Below, piece after piece: positions 39,881 through 51,929 of a stretch of 64,000 nt of DNA. Under the pieces are notes generated by a model. It had not been told where the DNA came from and did not search any database. It was given only the letters and a program-made list of their open reading frames with translations. Both the position numbers and the translations under genes were made by a program. How positions within the stretch are numbered: position 1 is the first letter of the stretch; every line of letters begins with the position of its first letter. This DNA is from the human T2T-CHM13v2.0 reference genome, Homo sapiens. The stretch covers positions 23,616,001 through 23,680,000 of the forward strand of contig CP068257.2 of the NCBI GenBank assembly GCA_009914755.4, given 5' to 3'.

Positions 39881-41649
39881 AAAACACTCCATTAGCATGG
39901 AATTCAACAAGCTGAGGATTTTCAAGAGACAATTATAATACAAAAGAGATGGAAAAGCTATGTTGTATCTCTACTGTTCAGTAATCACCAGAGGCACCCA
40001 AAGACAGAAGCTGATCCCTCACTATGACGCTTAAAATGGTCCACAACTCAACCCTCTAGTCACTCCTGACATGAACATTAGCCAGACCAGTCTTTGCACA
40101 ATTCCTCAAGTTCCCCTGTGGTAGGATGGCAACTACTTATTCCCCACTCCTGATTTTGCCTTCCACATGAAGGGAACTTTTCTAGCTACAAGAAGCCTAG
40201 CCTTTCCTCACCCTTTTACTCATTCCGTTTCCTTACAATAAGGAATAATGTATTGATTGCTGAGATTAGAAGGAGTAATCAGTGAGCCACAGTCCAGCTC
40301 CTTTCTGCTACCTGCAGAACACATACTTTTTCCTCTTTTATCCCATACCTTAAATTTCAAAGGGCCCTGCCCCTATGTGAAGTGGTAGTGGAGTGGACTG
40401 GGATGGAGTGGGAACACTTATCTTTGCTGACTCATTTGGGGATTTTAGTTTTAGAAAACCCTTGACCACACAAGGGACATTTTGTTCCTCTGTGCCTTAC
40501 TGCTGTCTTACTTTTCAGTTGGGTCAGAACACACAGAAGAAGTAGGGATGCTATTTTGAGGTCACCTCAAAGACCACAGGACTATATTTGTTCACAACTT
40601 CTTGTTCCAGGAGTTTCTGCCATCTGGAAGGTACTTCCTCATTCTTTTCACCTTTTCCAAATGTATGCACCATTCAAGCTATTTTTCAAGTCTTAACTTC
40701 AACCACAAAATGTTCCACAAAGCAGCTGTGATATTTAAATAATGTAATATGTGTGAAAGCATTGTGTCTGGGGCAGTAGGTATATACTAGGTGTGACTTT
40801 TCTTTTTCCTTCTTAGTCACTCAAGTCTATGTTAATCTTCACCATACACTGCTGGTTTGAGTACCAAGAGGTGCAAATATCTAGAAATCAGTGAGATGTT
40901 ATATCTAAAGAGCCATAAAATTAACCATGCCCTTTGAGCCAAAGTTCCACTTCTGAGAATGTATGCTGACTTAAAGCTGAAACTGGCAAATATTTATACC
41001 CCAAGATATATGTTATATTGTGATCAATAAGGAAATGACTAAGTAAATTGTGGCATCGACATATAATGGATTATTTCGCAACATTTAAGATTACACTAGC
41101 AAGTTTCTAAAGATAACACAAAGTATTTCTATACTTCTGCATGATCTTACCTCAGTGGTAATCATTCCCTCTCCTGAAAAATAATAAGAGCTTTATTTTT
41201 CACTCTCTTTTCTGTGTCATTCTTCAACATTATACTTTAAGAGGATTTTTTCACTATTTTCTATCATGATAATCATCATCGTTATCATCTGAAAACACAA
41301 AACCATATGTGCTGATTTTACAGGTGTTGCAGTATGAGGATATTCTCTGGAAGTTTACAATACAAAATATGCAACCACATCACACAGTAAAAACTCAATA
41401 TGTATTCGTGAAGTAGTTGAGTGAATGACCTGGACTAATGTATGTATTAATAATAAAGGTACAGGTATCAAGTTCATATGTATGTACTACCTGAGTAAAT
41501 AAATGAATGATTAGTGAATCATCTCTACTGTCTAATTATATATCAATCATTCATTTTGTTTTTCACTTTATTCCAGGAGATGCTAATTGCCTGTCCATTT
41601 CCCCAGTACTTCTCATATGTTCATTTTTGAAACAGGAAATAACCACTCA

Positions 41650-41771
41650 CGATGCCCTCGGCAACATTGACTCTAAAGTATGAAATAGAACACAATTTCA
41701 AAATGAAGCACGATGCCCTCGGCAACATTGACTCTAAAGTATGAAATAGAACACAATTTCAAAATGAAGCA
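41650..41771. repeat. Perfect tandem duplication, 2 x 61 bp
   Basis: cgatgccctcggcaacattgactctaaagtatgaaatagaacacaatttcaaaatgaagca occurs twice back to back (41650-41710 and 41711-41771) with no mismatch. Confidence 0.9.
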
Positions 41772-42330
41772 GGCAATTAGGAAAGTACCAGGTTATGACC
41801 ATAAATAACATTCATTCTCCCACTTCAGTATAGCTGCACCACACCATTAATATACACAAAGTGCAAAAAGTGTTCTCTCCTTATTGCTTCCTGCAATTGG
41901 ATCTGATGGATCATTTACCTTCAAAAACTTTATGTAAGTCTGTTCTCAAGTCAAGGTTTTAGATAACCAGTTTTTTTCTTTTTTTAGACAGAGTTCACAT
42001 AGACAAAATAATCGCCCCCAAGTAGCTAAGTCTCAGATGTATTATGAGACAGATATTAAGAAACTAACGTATAAGTATTAAAATACTGAATAAGTGAATC
42101 AAATTTGCCATGAATCTCCCTGTTTAAAAAATGTCAACACTTTTATGATTCACTTTAACTGTAGTGGTATCAAGTTGGCATTCCTCTTAGATGCTCTTAC
42201 TCCTCTCTCATATTACTGTAAGTGACTGATGATATGTATCAAGAATCAGACCATGTTGTTAAAAACACACACACAAGTACGATAATAAATTTTATCTTTT
42301 TGTAACTGTGAAATACTATTTTTTAATCTT

Positions 42331-42433
42331 TTTTTGTTTTTTGTTTTTTGTTTTGAGACAGAGTCTTGCTCTGTTCCCTAGGCTGGAGTGCAATGGCATA
42401 GTCTTGGCTCCCTGCAACCTCCGCCTCCTGGGT
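42331..42433 (-). mobile_element. 5'-truncated Alu (about 80 bp of the Alu 3' end plus interrupted A-tail), minus orientation, with a perfect 15-bp TSD
   Basis: tttttgttttttgttttttgttttgagacagagtcttgctctgttccctaggctggagtgcaatggcatagtcttggctccctgcaacctccgcctcctgggt. It is flanked by ctattttttaatctt at 42316-42330 and again at 42434-42448. Confidence 0.9.
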
Positions 42434-45050
42434 CTATTTTTTAATCTTACTTGAACCTCGTTATGTTATTAACCTCCCTTTCAAATCTAAGAAAGTATCT
42501 TTAAAATGGTATATTGACCATGAACAATATGCAAATGCTAAGGCCTATATGATGTTGTCTGGAGTCCCCTGCTGTCATGCAGATGTCACAGTGATTGGCT
42601 TCCTGCTCCCAGGTCAGATTTGCTCTACCCTGAGGCTAATCTGTCCTTGTTACTTCACACACTGTCCTGTGTAGAACCACATTCTTCATTAACATCTAAT
42701 TTCCTAGAAAATTTTTTTTCCGATAAAGAGCACTTCCTGGAAGATCGGGGCACCCGAATGAGCCGGCATTTTCTACATCTTCAGGGCTTTGTAAAGCTTA
42801 AGATAACTGACAAATAGCCTTAAATGTTTGTTGCTGAATTACAAGAAAATTTAGTGTGCATGAAGAACGGTTTCCAGATTTTAATCCATGCATTAATCCA
42901 TTAAAACACCTTCGACTTCTGAGGCCCCTTTAAAATATGAGGAGCTGACTGAGAATTGTGAATTGCATGCATATTCTAAACTTTAAAAAAGCTATTGACA
43001 AGATTTTCTTGGTGGATAATTTTTCCATGACTGCATCATTCTTTCCAAAGCAGAAACATGTTTAGGTTAGCATTTTTAATACTAAGTATTAGACCCTGAA
43101 CATTTTATTTGTACCATTTATATGGTATTCTGGACTTACTGTGTCTTTGAGGAATTTGTGCTTCAAGAAGAGTGGGCTGAAACAGAAAAATATCACCTTC
43201 GAAATAAGACTGATACTAACCAAATTCATGGAAGGATATGTAAGCCAGATGCCAACTTGATCATTTGCATTGAGAATTTCAACTACTAAGGAAAGCAAAT
43301 TCTCATATCCACTATGTAGTATATTGTTTACCTGTGTGCATAAATATCTACCCTGAAAGACAAACTGTTATCAAAAGATTGCTTGGTGAGTATGGACACA
43401 GAGAAATTAGAATGAGCTGTGTGATCTTTATGTTGATTTCCTCAGGCATTGACCACCAAATGTAACTTTTCATAGGCAGATTCTTGGGTTTTTGAGTCAG
43501 AGTCTTCTTTCTGACTCAAATATTAGAGGCATACTGAAAAGTTATTATTGTGTTTTACTTTCAAAATCAGTTCTCGATTTTCTTTCAAATAGAGAATAAT
43601 GCAATGTATTAAATTTTGGGTATTTTTAATTTGTTGGTTTGGTTGAGGTTTAATTTTTATAGATCTTCTCAGACTAAATACATTCTTGATGTACCTTGAA
43701 ACACTGTATCTTTTTATTAGTAATTATTTTGGAATTTTTCTATAGATGGTTGAATTTTTGTATTGTATCAGTAGTTCTTAATTGATTTTATATCTCAGAT
43801 ACCCTTGAAGATATAATAAAATTACAGATCATTTTCCCAGAAAAACAAATATAGTAAATGCATACAAAATTTTGCATACTCCTTAAGTGTTTGATAGGGA
43901 TACAAAAGTTAATTCATGTACTGCACATTTGTCGAACTTGAGCTACTTTATCTGTCCAGACCATATCATACTTATACTTCCTATTTTCAGAATGAGACAA
44001 AATTTTAGAGACACAAAAAGGCAAACATGCAACTCAACTTTTACATAATTTGCCAAATGCAGTGCCAGGCCAATGCCTGGATGTCATCTGAAGGCAGCAG
44101 ATTCGGTCAGAGAAGGTGCCAGGCCTAAGCTGCAGAGCTGGCTTTGAGGATGGGGGTGAGCAAGCAACAGAGGATTTTATCTGCAATTGGTCTTAATCCT
44201 CTGAATAAAGCATAAGTTTTGGTCTTGATAACTCATGTACCTTAGGGATCTATGGACCAGGAAGGGCAGATTTCACTCAATTTTATATAAAAATAGAAGC
44301 AAACAGATGTAATCTCCAAACAGAGTTCCTATTAAAGACAGTCAGTAGACAGTATATGTTCTCTTTCCCTGTTGTAGTAATACAGCCTGTTTTTGGAAAG
44401 AACACAAAAAACTTGATTCACTTTGTTTAGGAAAAATAAGCAATAGTTACATCCCATTTTCTTCCCAGAAAATGGTGGTTTCAGTCCTAGGAGATATTCT
44501 AAGGTCTTCACAATAGCTGCTACTTTTCTTAATTTCACACAGAGTAGGCATAATTTCAAGTTTGGGAAATACCTTATTGTCATCCTTATCCTTCATTTTA
44601 CTCTTTATTAAAAAAACAGTAATATGTACATATGGTGTGTTATTTCCAAATGGATAAAATAATAGCTCTCAGATGCTTCATATAATTCAATGAAGTAATA
44701 ATAAAATATATATTTCTCTTAAATAGAACAACACAAGCCTTGGTGATGATCATGGTGTATAGGGCAATGAGACAGATTGGTAGGTTATTTGTAAATGCTT
44801 TTTAGAGGGCATTATGCTGGGTTTCTCTGCCTCCATATTTCCCATCACAGTATCTTATTTGTAGATTTGTGTATTGATTTATACTGGAGTGTATTTTATC
44901 ATTTGTGTCTACATCTGACCATCTGTTTGCCTGCTAATTCTGTAGCCATTCTTTCTTTCACAGGGTCAGAAAGCTATATATACTCCTTCCATTTCACATT
45001 TTTACTGAGTCGGGCTTGTTATCTTTTAAAATTTGATTTGCTTTTCTTCC

Positions 45051-45347
45051 TTTTTTTTTTTTTTTGTTAAGACAGCGTCTCATTCTGTCACTCGGGCTGG
45101 CTTGCAGTGTGGCATGATCTTGGCTCACTGCAGCCTCGACCTCCTGGGCTCAAGGGAACCCCTCATCTCAGCCTCCTGAGTAGCAGAGACTACAGTCATG
45201 CAGCACCACAGCCAGCTAATTTTTTTTCGGTAGAGACAGGGTCTCACTAGGTTGCCCATGCTGGTCTCGAACTCCCAGGATCAAGCAATCCTCCCATCTT
45301 GGCCTCCCAAAGTGCTAGGATTACAGGCGAGAGCCACCATGCTCAGT
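45051..45347 (-). mobile_element. Alu SINE (older, AluJ/S-like), minus orientation
   Basis: A 15-nt poly-T, then gttaagacagcgtctcattctgtcactcgggctggcttgcagtgtggcatgatcttggctcactgcagcctcgacctcctgggctcaaggg...ctaggattacaggcgagagccaccatgctcag. It is more diverged from the consensus than the other Alus. Confidence 0.9.
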
Positions 45348-45437
45348 CTTTCTTCTCTTCCTTTTAACCTAGTAGACCTAGCATCCTTTAGGATTCTGGT
45401 ATTATTAAAGCATTAATTACTTTTTGTTCAGGAGTTG

Positions 45438-45595
45438 TAGAGAATTCTGTTCACTTTTATGTTTGCTTGTCTACATTTCTATTAGATTGAACTACAGGAA
45501 ATTGCCATTTTTTGGTAAAATATGGTCAAATGTTGGCAATTTAAGATGGCTCACCTATAATTTGTTATGTAGACTTGAAAAAAAATTGGAGAACT
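45438..45595 (+). repeat. Copy 1 of a roughly 150-bp dispersed direct repeat (partner at 47862-48015)
   Basis: gagaattctgttcacttttatgtttgcttgtctacatttctattagattgaactacaggaaattgccattttttggtaaaatatggtcaaatgttggcaatttaagatggctcacctataatttgttatgtagacttgaaaaaaaattgg aligns with the partner at roughly 90% identity. Confidence 0.75.
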
Positions 45596-47134
45596 TTGTG
45601 AGACAAATGTCGGCAAAATGCTTAACACATAAGGGCTTTTTACATGCTATGTATTATCACTATTATATAAAACAATTCAGTGCTATCTATAAAAAGAATC
45701 TGATGTATGACAGCTATTCTCAAGTGTGTTTGTGCAATGCTCAAGTAGCCACTTTATAGTGAGACCTCTGGGGATGCAATTTTAACATTCCATAGTCATT
45801 TTAAATTCATTTTTAAATTGCCAGGTTTGGCTGTTTTTCAACTTTGGCCTACTTGTTCTATTTTATCTATACATAGCTGTATTCACAAACCGTTATCCTC
45901 TTTACAATAACATCCTGCAGGAGCATATAAGTCCTTAAGAGCAAAAGATAGAAGAAAATGTAAAGATCTAGACATGTTAAGTGTTTTAAAATATCATGCT
46001 GCAAACGTATCAAATATTTTAGTTTATCATTATTTCTGTTCAAATTGTGTGGATCAAATCCAAAGGCTAAATCCTCTTCAAATCCCTTTTGAACTATCCC
46101 CATGTTCTTAACCTATCTCAATGTCATTACGATTTTTTTAAGAAAAATAAGTCTCAAAGAAAAATACAGAGAAGGAGCAGAATAACTGGTTTTGTCACTG
46201 GACTCATGATCATTTCTCCCATTATGATCAGTTTCAGGCCTTAAGTTCAAGACCAGTATTTATGTTGGGAGTTGATTTAGGCAAATTTTCATTCAAAGGA
46301 TAAACTAATTTAAGAGCCAAACAAAGGGTTTGCTAAATTAATTGCTAACTCATTTTTCTAAATTTGAAGCTTCAATGATTGCTTCTGTTAATGCAACATT
46401 GTCCTAGAGTATGGGCAGCTTTTGTAGCACTCTTGTCATTGCCATAATTAATTCTTACTTGGAGCAAGTACAACATTCATCACATTTTAGATGGTGCTCC
46501 AGCATACTGTGTCAGAACAGAAGGAAGGCGGTGATTGACAAAATGTTTATGTGACAGATACATTCACCATATAAATACACATCTGATGAACTCGAAAATT
46601 AGCTTGCTGTTTGGAACAGTCATGCATATTTTAAAGACCAACTTCACAGAAATGCTATTTTCCACGGCTCATTTCAGCTAAAAAGAGTAGTAACATAATG
46701 CTCATATGCCAAAACAAAACGACTTATTTTATTCAGCCATTTCAAACAACTGATGGCAGGAAATAGCAGGAAACTTAAGGCCAGGCCACTTAAATTCCCG
46801 TAAGAGGCAAGGAGTGCTTTTTTTTTCAATTAAGGAGAAAGCCAAACATTTTTGTCCAATACTAATATTCTTTGGCAATTTTTACTGAATCTTAGAGGTT
46901 ACTTTTTGTCATTTTAAATATGCATACTTATTTTTGACTTAGTCTTCAGAATTAGTGATGCACACACACAGTAATTAGTTGAGCTCTATCTCCAGTTCAC
47001 CTGCTCCTTAGTTTCCAGTCATAAATTTTGTCTCTTCTCTCTACTTTCCCATTACACTTCCCAAAGGCTGGCTCCACTCTTTTCTGCTACCTTATGCAAT
47101 GCTAAGCTCTTCTGCTCCTTAATCCTGGTTACCA

Positions 47135-47620
47135 ATTAACTACTGCTGTGTAACAAACAATCTCAGCAATAAGTGGTTTAAAATAATAGCCACTGTTGTT
47201 TAAGAATCTATAGGTCGGCTGGGTGGTTCTGCTTATGTTTGTACAGGTCAGCTGGGGCCTGGCTGTTCTAATATATCTTCACTCTTATGTCAGGTGAATG
47301 ATTGAGGCAACAGGAGTGACAGGACCTCATGACTCTTGGCATCCAGAAGGCTGGTGTGGGCTCTTTCTCATAGCAGCTAGGAAGAGAGGGAACAGAAGCT
47401 TGAAAGGCTGCCTGAGGCCTAGACCTAGAATTGGACCAGTGCAATTCTGCCACATTCTTTTAAACAAAGCAAGTTACAAGGCTAGCCTAAATCCAAGAAG
47501 GAAAATAGACTTCACCTCTTGACAGAAGAAGCTGCAATGTCACACTGCAAAGTGCATGATAAATAAGAACTGAACTAGAAACTTCTGTAATCACTCAATC
47601 ACATTCCTCCACCATTATTC
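47135..47620 (-). mobile_element. ERVL-MaLR LTR-like repeat (MLT1/MST-type), minus orientation
   Basis: ctactgctgtgtaacaaacaatctcagcaataagtggtttaaaataatagccactgttgtt... is the reverse complement of the characteristic MaLR LTR 3' end (...aagccacy..agt.tgtggtatttgttacagcagc...). Downstream sequence ...ctgccacattcttttaaacaaagcaagttacaaggctagcctaaatccaagaaggaaaatagacttcacctcttgacagaagaagctgcaatgtcacactgcaaagtgcatg is the typical MaLR internal segment. The family assignment is from memory. Confidence 0.55.
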
Positions 47621-47861
47621 CAAAAATATTTGCTCTACACTTCTTTTCAATGTCCATACCCTGATGAAGCCAAATGAAGTTTGTTGACCAACTTACTTAC
47701 AACTTACAACCAGCAGAGAAAGCCAGGTTAGAATCCAAAGTCAAGAAGCAAGACAAAAGAGAGAGATTGTCATAATTCCCAGTTTATTATTTGTGTCTTC
47801 AGTGTCAACAAGACCAAAATAAAGCTTCTCCACGCTACCAGCTTTGAAATGAGAATTCTGT

Positions 47862-48015
47862 TCCCTTTATGTTTGCTTGTCTATACTTCTATTAGATTGA
47901 ACTACATGAAATTGCCATTTTTTTGGTAAAATATGGTCAAATGTTGGCAATTTAAGATGTCTTACCTGTAATTTGTAAAGTAGACTTGAAAAAAATGTAG
48001 ACTTGAAAAAAAATC
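47862..48015 (+). repeat. Copy 2 of the roughly 150-bp dispersed direct repeat (partner at 45438-45595), with a small internal tandem duplication (gtagacttgaaaaaaat x2)
   Basis: gagaattctgttccctttatgtttgcttgtctatacttctattagattgaactacatgaaattgccatttttttggtaaaatatggtcaaatgttggcaatttaagatgtcttacctgtaatttgtaaagtagacttgaaaaaaatgtagacttgaaaaaaaatc. Confidence 0.75.
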
Positions 48016-49814
48016 ATACTTTGATTCTTTGGGAAATGATGGGAAGTTTTTAGAATAACCATACACAGACATTTTTAAATAAAAGCAATTTCTTTTTTAA
48101 AAAATCCTTCTAGTTTTTAAAGGATTCATTGGCTCATGGAATTGAACATAAATGGAAGTTTCATGTGGAGAGGAAAATACAGCATGGATTTTGACATGAC
48201 ACAAAACTAAATTCAAATTTCACTTCTGCAAAATTTAATACCATGTGACTTTGACCTAATTGGCCACTCCAGCCTTACTTCTCACCTGCCTTACGGACTC
48301 ATTATGAGAAAAAAACATGTTGTATTACATGAAAGTCAATACACATGGCAAATGTTAATCATATTTTTATTTATTTAATGCATTACTTTACACTCTCACA
48401 GAAATGACAGATGAAGGGGACAGGGCAAACCCAGGAAAACTTAGCCCAGAGCTCTTCCACCTAACAGGGAGTCTTAGAACTATACTTTATGCTTTTTAAG
48501 AAAAATAACTCACTTACTAAAAATAGAATTTTGAAGTTAACATTCTTCTTCAAAATTATCAAATACATTTAAAAAGTTCCATTAAGTAATATCACTTCTC
48601 CGAACATGTTTGCATGCATGAACTCTTGAAGCATTTTCTTTGATTCAACTACATTCTTTAATATACCACAAGAATATGTACAACAAAAATACTGCTTCAA
48701 TCAAACCTGTCTGATAAATAAATAGTTTGTATATTTGCATTTGTTAGGATATCTGCTAGTCATAGACTCCTGAAACCTTTGATAAGCCATGAAAAAAGTG
48801 TACTGACAACTCAACATATGTGGTCAAAATAAATAAATAAGCAATGCTTTAGTTTTTCTAGAAGATTGTTTTGTTACATGGGAGAAGAAAATGAATCCCT
48901 ACACCACTTAAAAGAAAGTCTGCTTGCATCTTCAAAACTCAAAAGGAAAGAAACAAATCATTGTTTTACAAAGTTGAAAGGCATCTTTTACCATTTCACA
49001 GAAATCTCAAACATTCACATCCCTAGAGTCCCAGGTAATGTCATGTAGTTCATATGTATTTTGAGGTGGTTATATACTTTATTCATAAGATTCTTTTATT
49101 TATTTCAAAGAATTTATTTGTACATTGTTTACCTTCTTTGCCAAGTTCAGTGATACACTGTGATGCCTTTTCTTGGTGGGCAGAGGAAAAAATGCATTTC
49201 TGGAGAAATTGTGGTTTAGAGCTAGTTTTCAGGGTGGCAGCCCCCAAGAGGAAAATTGACTAGAAAGGATCAACAATCTTTAATTCTATCACAAGTTTAA
49301 TCTTGTAATGAAACCTGAAAATTTCATTTTTGTTAATAGAGAACCAGCATGAAATGTAGTGAACAAACCATTTCCACTGGCTGCTAACACAGCCACACTG
49401 AGTCATCACAGACTCAGCATAAAAAAATTGATTTAATTATATTGAAGAGAAAGGGATGGGGATAGACTGAATCAGCACAGTCAGCCAAATGCAAACAAGG
49501 CACACAACTCAAAATTGCTGTGGGGAATGCAATATGCTTTAAGTGTGGAGCTGAAGTGTTCATCTCTGACTGTTCCATTCTTAGGAACATCTCTGACTGT
49601 TCCATTCTAATAGGTAGCAATTCCAGTTGTACTGAAAAGCAGCTCTCCCTTGCGAGATATCTGACCCATTTTTCCAATGATTTCTCTGCAGCAGAGCCAT
49701 AATTTACCAACAAATAAGCCAATTAAGCCAATTAAGTGGTGTGTTCACTCCTTTGGGTCACTTCCTAATGACTCTAAAAACCCATTTGCTATGATCCGAA
49801 TGTTTTTGTGCGCC

Positions 49815-50180
49815 CAAAATTCATATGTTGAAACCCTAATTCCCAAGGTGACTGTATTAAGATGTGGGGCCTTTGGAGGTGAATATCATGAGGTATTCAT
49901 GAGATATCATGATATATATCATGAGAATAGAGCCCTCATGAATTAAATTAGTTCCCTTATGAAAGAGACCCAGTGAAGCTTATTTGCCCCTTCTACCATG
50001 TGAGAACACACTAAGAAGACGCCATGTATGAATCAGGAGATGGGCCCTTCCAGACACTGAACCTACAAGCACCTTGATTTTGGACTTCCCAGCCTACAAA
50101 ACTGTGAGAAATAAATTTCTGTTGTTCATGAGTTATCCAGTTTATGGTATTTTTCTATAGCAGTCCAAATGGACTAAAGC
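49815..50180 (+). mobile_element. ERVL-MaLR LTR-like repeat (MST/MLT-type), plus orientation
   Basis: ttcatatgttgaaaccctaattcccaaggtgactgtattaagatgtggggcctttggaggtga...agttcccttatgaaagagacccagtgaag...ccatgtgagaacacactaagaagacgccat...caccttgattttggacttcccagcctacaaaactgtgagaaataaatttctgttgttcatgagttatccagtttatggtatttttctatagcagtccaaatggactaaag. This matches the conserved architecture of MaLR LTRs (...ccagcctccagaactgtgagaaataaatgtttgttgtttaagccacccagtctatggtattttgttatagcagcccgaactaagaca). Confidence 0.6.
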
Positions 50181-50469
50181 ATCATTCTTGTGAATTAATC
50201 TAAAACACCCTTCACTTGTAATCTCCAGGAACATTGCCCAAATACACATGGAGTCTACTCTGATCTGTTTTCACTAGGGATCATGTCATTATCAAATTGT
50301 AAAAAAACAATTACCCATATATAAATATATAGACATATTATATATTTATATATAGGTATATATACATACACATATACATACAGATATATCGAGATATAGA
50401 TATATCTGTGAATAAATAAGCTTTACTTCAAGCAGAAAGGCAGCATGTCCAGCCCCAGGACCTAAGATA

Positions 50470-51000
50470 GCCCTCATGGACTTAGCCTCTAGGCAAGAGC
50501 CCACACATCTAACCTCCTGGCTGGCCCCAGTGGATCCAGGCTTGAGGCTAGTCCCCATGCACTATGGCTGCAGAGGACCCAGGGTCCAGGCTCGTCCCTG
50601 TAGACCACAGTGCCAAGTTGGCTCCCATGAAATGAGGCTCCAGAATCACCTCTGCAGACCTAGGCTCCAGAATAGCCCCCATGGATTCAGGACCCAAATC
50701 TATCCCCATGGACTCAGGTTCCCGGCCACCTAGCACTGGGACAGTTCCCATGGACTCAGCCTCTAAACCTATTCTAGTGAACCCAGGTGCCATGCTCATC
50801 TCAGTGTCTGGCTGGCCCTTGCAGACTCAGGCTCAAGGACTACCCTAGTGCCAGTTCAAGCAATGTGGACCCAGGTTTCAGGCCAGCCCCCATGGATACA
50901 GACTCCACCACCAGCCCTGGGAACCCAGTCAACAAGTCCAACCTAGTGAAATCAAACTCCAGATCCACCCCAATGAACACAGGTGGCAGGCCTGTCTATC
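50470..51000 (+). repeat. Degenerate tandem repeat block (units about 27-45 bp carrying the ccccatggactcag / ggctccagaat motif) forming the 5' UTR region of the L1M element
   Basis: Recurrent motif positions occur at about 50475, 50556, 50626, 50680, 50707, 50749, 50791, 50890 and 50972 (ccctcatggacttagcc, gtccccatgcactatggc, gctcccatgaaatgaggctccagaat, agcccccatggattcagg, atccccatggactcaggt, gttcccatggactcagcc, agcccccatggatacagact, ccaccccaatgaacacaggt). Confidence 0.6.
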
Positions 51001-51865
51001 TGCTAACCCAGGTATCAGTCCAGCCTGCCCAAGGACTAGCAGACTCAAGCCTGCCTACAACATGCCTTGTGAAGGGCTTCCCCTAACAAAGCCAGTCTGC
51101 AAAGATTGAAATAAGTCTCTACTTCTTCAAATGTACAGACTTCATAAGACAATAAGAAACATAAAAAACACAACAACAACAACAACAAACACTGCCAAAA
51201 TAACATCATAATCTTCCAGTAGCTGATCCCCAAAGAAATGGGGATATAAATACTGCCTGACAAAGAACTTAAAATAATGTTTTAAAGAATTTCAGTGACC
51301 TTTAAGAAAATACAGAGAAATAATTTAATAAACTTAGCAATAAAATAAATGACCAAAGTGAGGAACTTTCAAAAGAAATTAAAATTATTTTAAAAATCAA
51401 ACAGAAATTCTGGAGGTGAAAAATACAATGAGTGAAATGAAAATTACAATAGAGATCATCAATAGCAGAACTGGTCAAGCAGGAGAAATAAACTCTAAAC
51501 TAGAAGACAGTATATTTAAAATATAGTCAAAAAAAGAAAAAAGGAATGAAGAAAACTTCTTGGATTTATGAAACAGCATCAAAAGCGGAAATATTTGAGA
51601 GATAGAAGTTTGTGAAGAAGACAAAGCAGAGATAAATAGAAGAAAGCTTATTTAAAGAAATAATAGCATAAACTTTCCAAATATGGGAAGCATATACATA
51701 TCCAACTATAGAAAATTCAAAAGTCTTCTATCAGATTAATTCCAAACAGGAATACACAAACATATATTATAATCAAACTGTCAAATATCAAAGACAAGGA
51801 GAGGAACCTGAATACAGTAAGAGAAAAAAAGCAAATGACATATAAGGAGTTCCAATAAGGCCAGT

Positions 51866-51873
51866 GATATATA

Positions 51874-51929
<56 letters not shown>

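Noticed and set aside
50470-51000. Tandem motif array considered as a possible CRISPR-like or satellite array
   Set aside because: This is eukaryotic sequence. The repeats are degenerate with irregular spacing, not identical repeats with unique spacers. It is best explained as L1 5' UTR monomer-like structure or a minisatellite.
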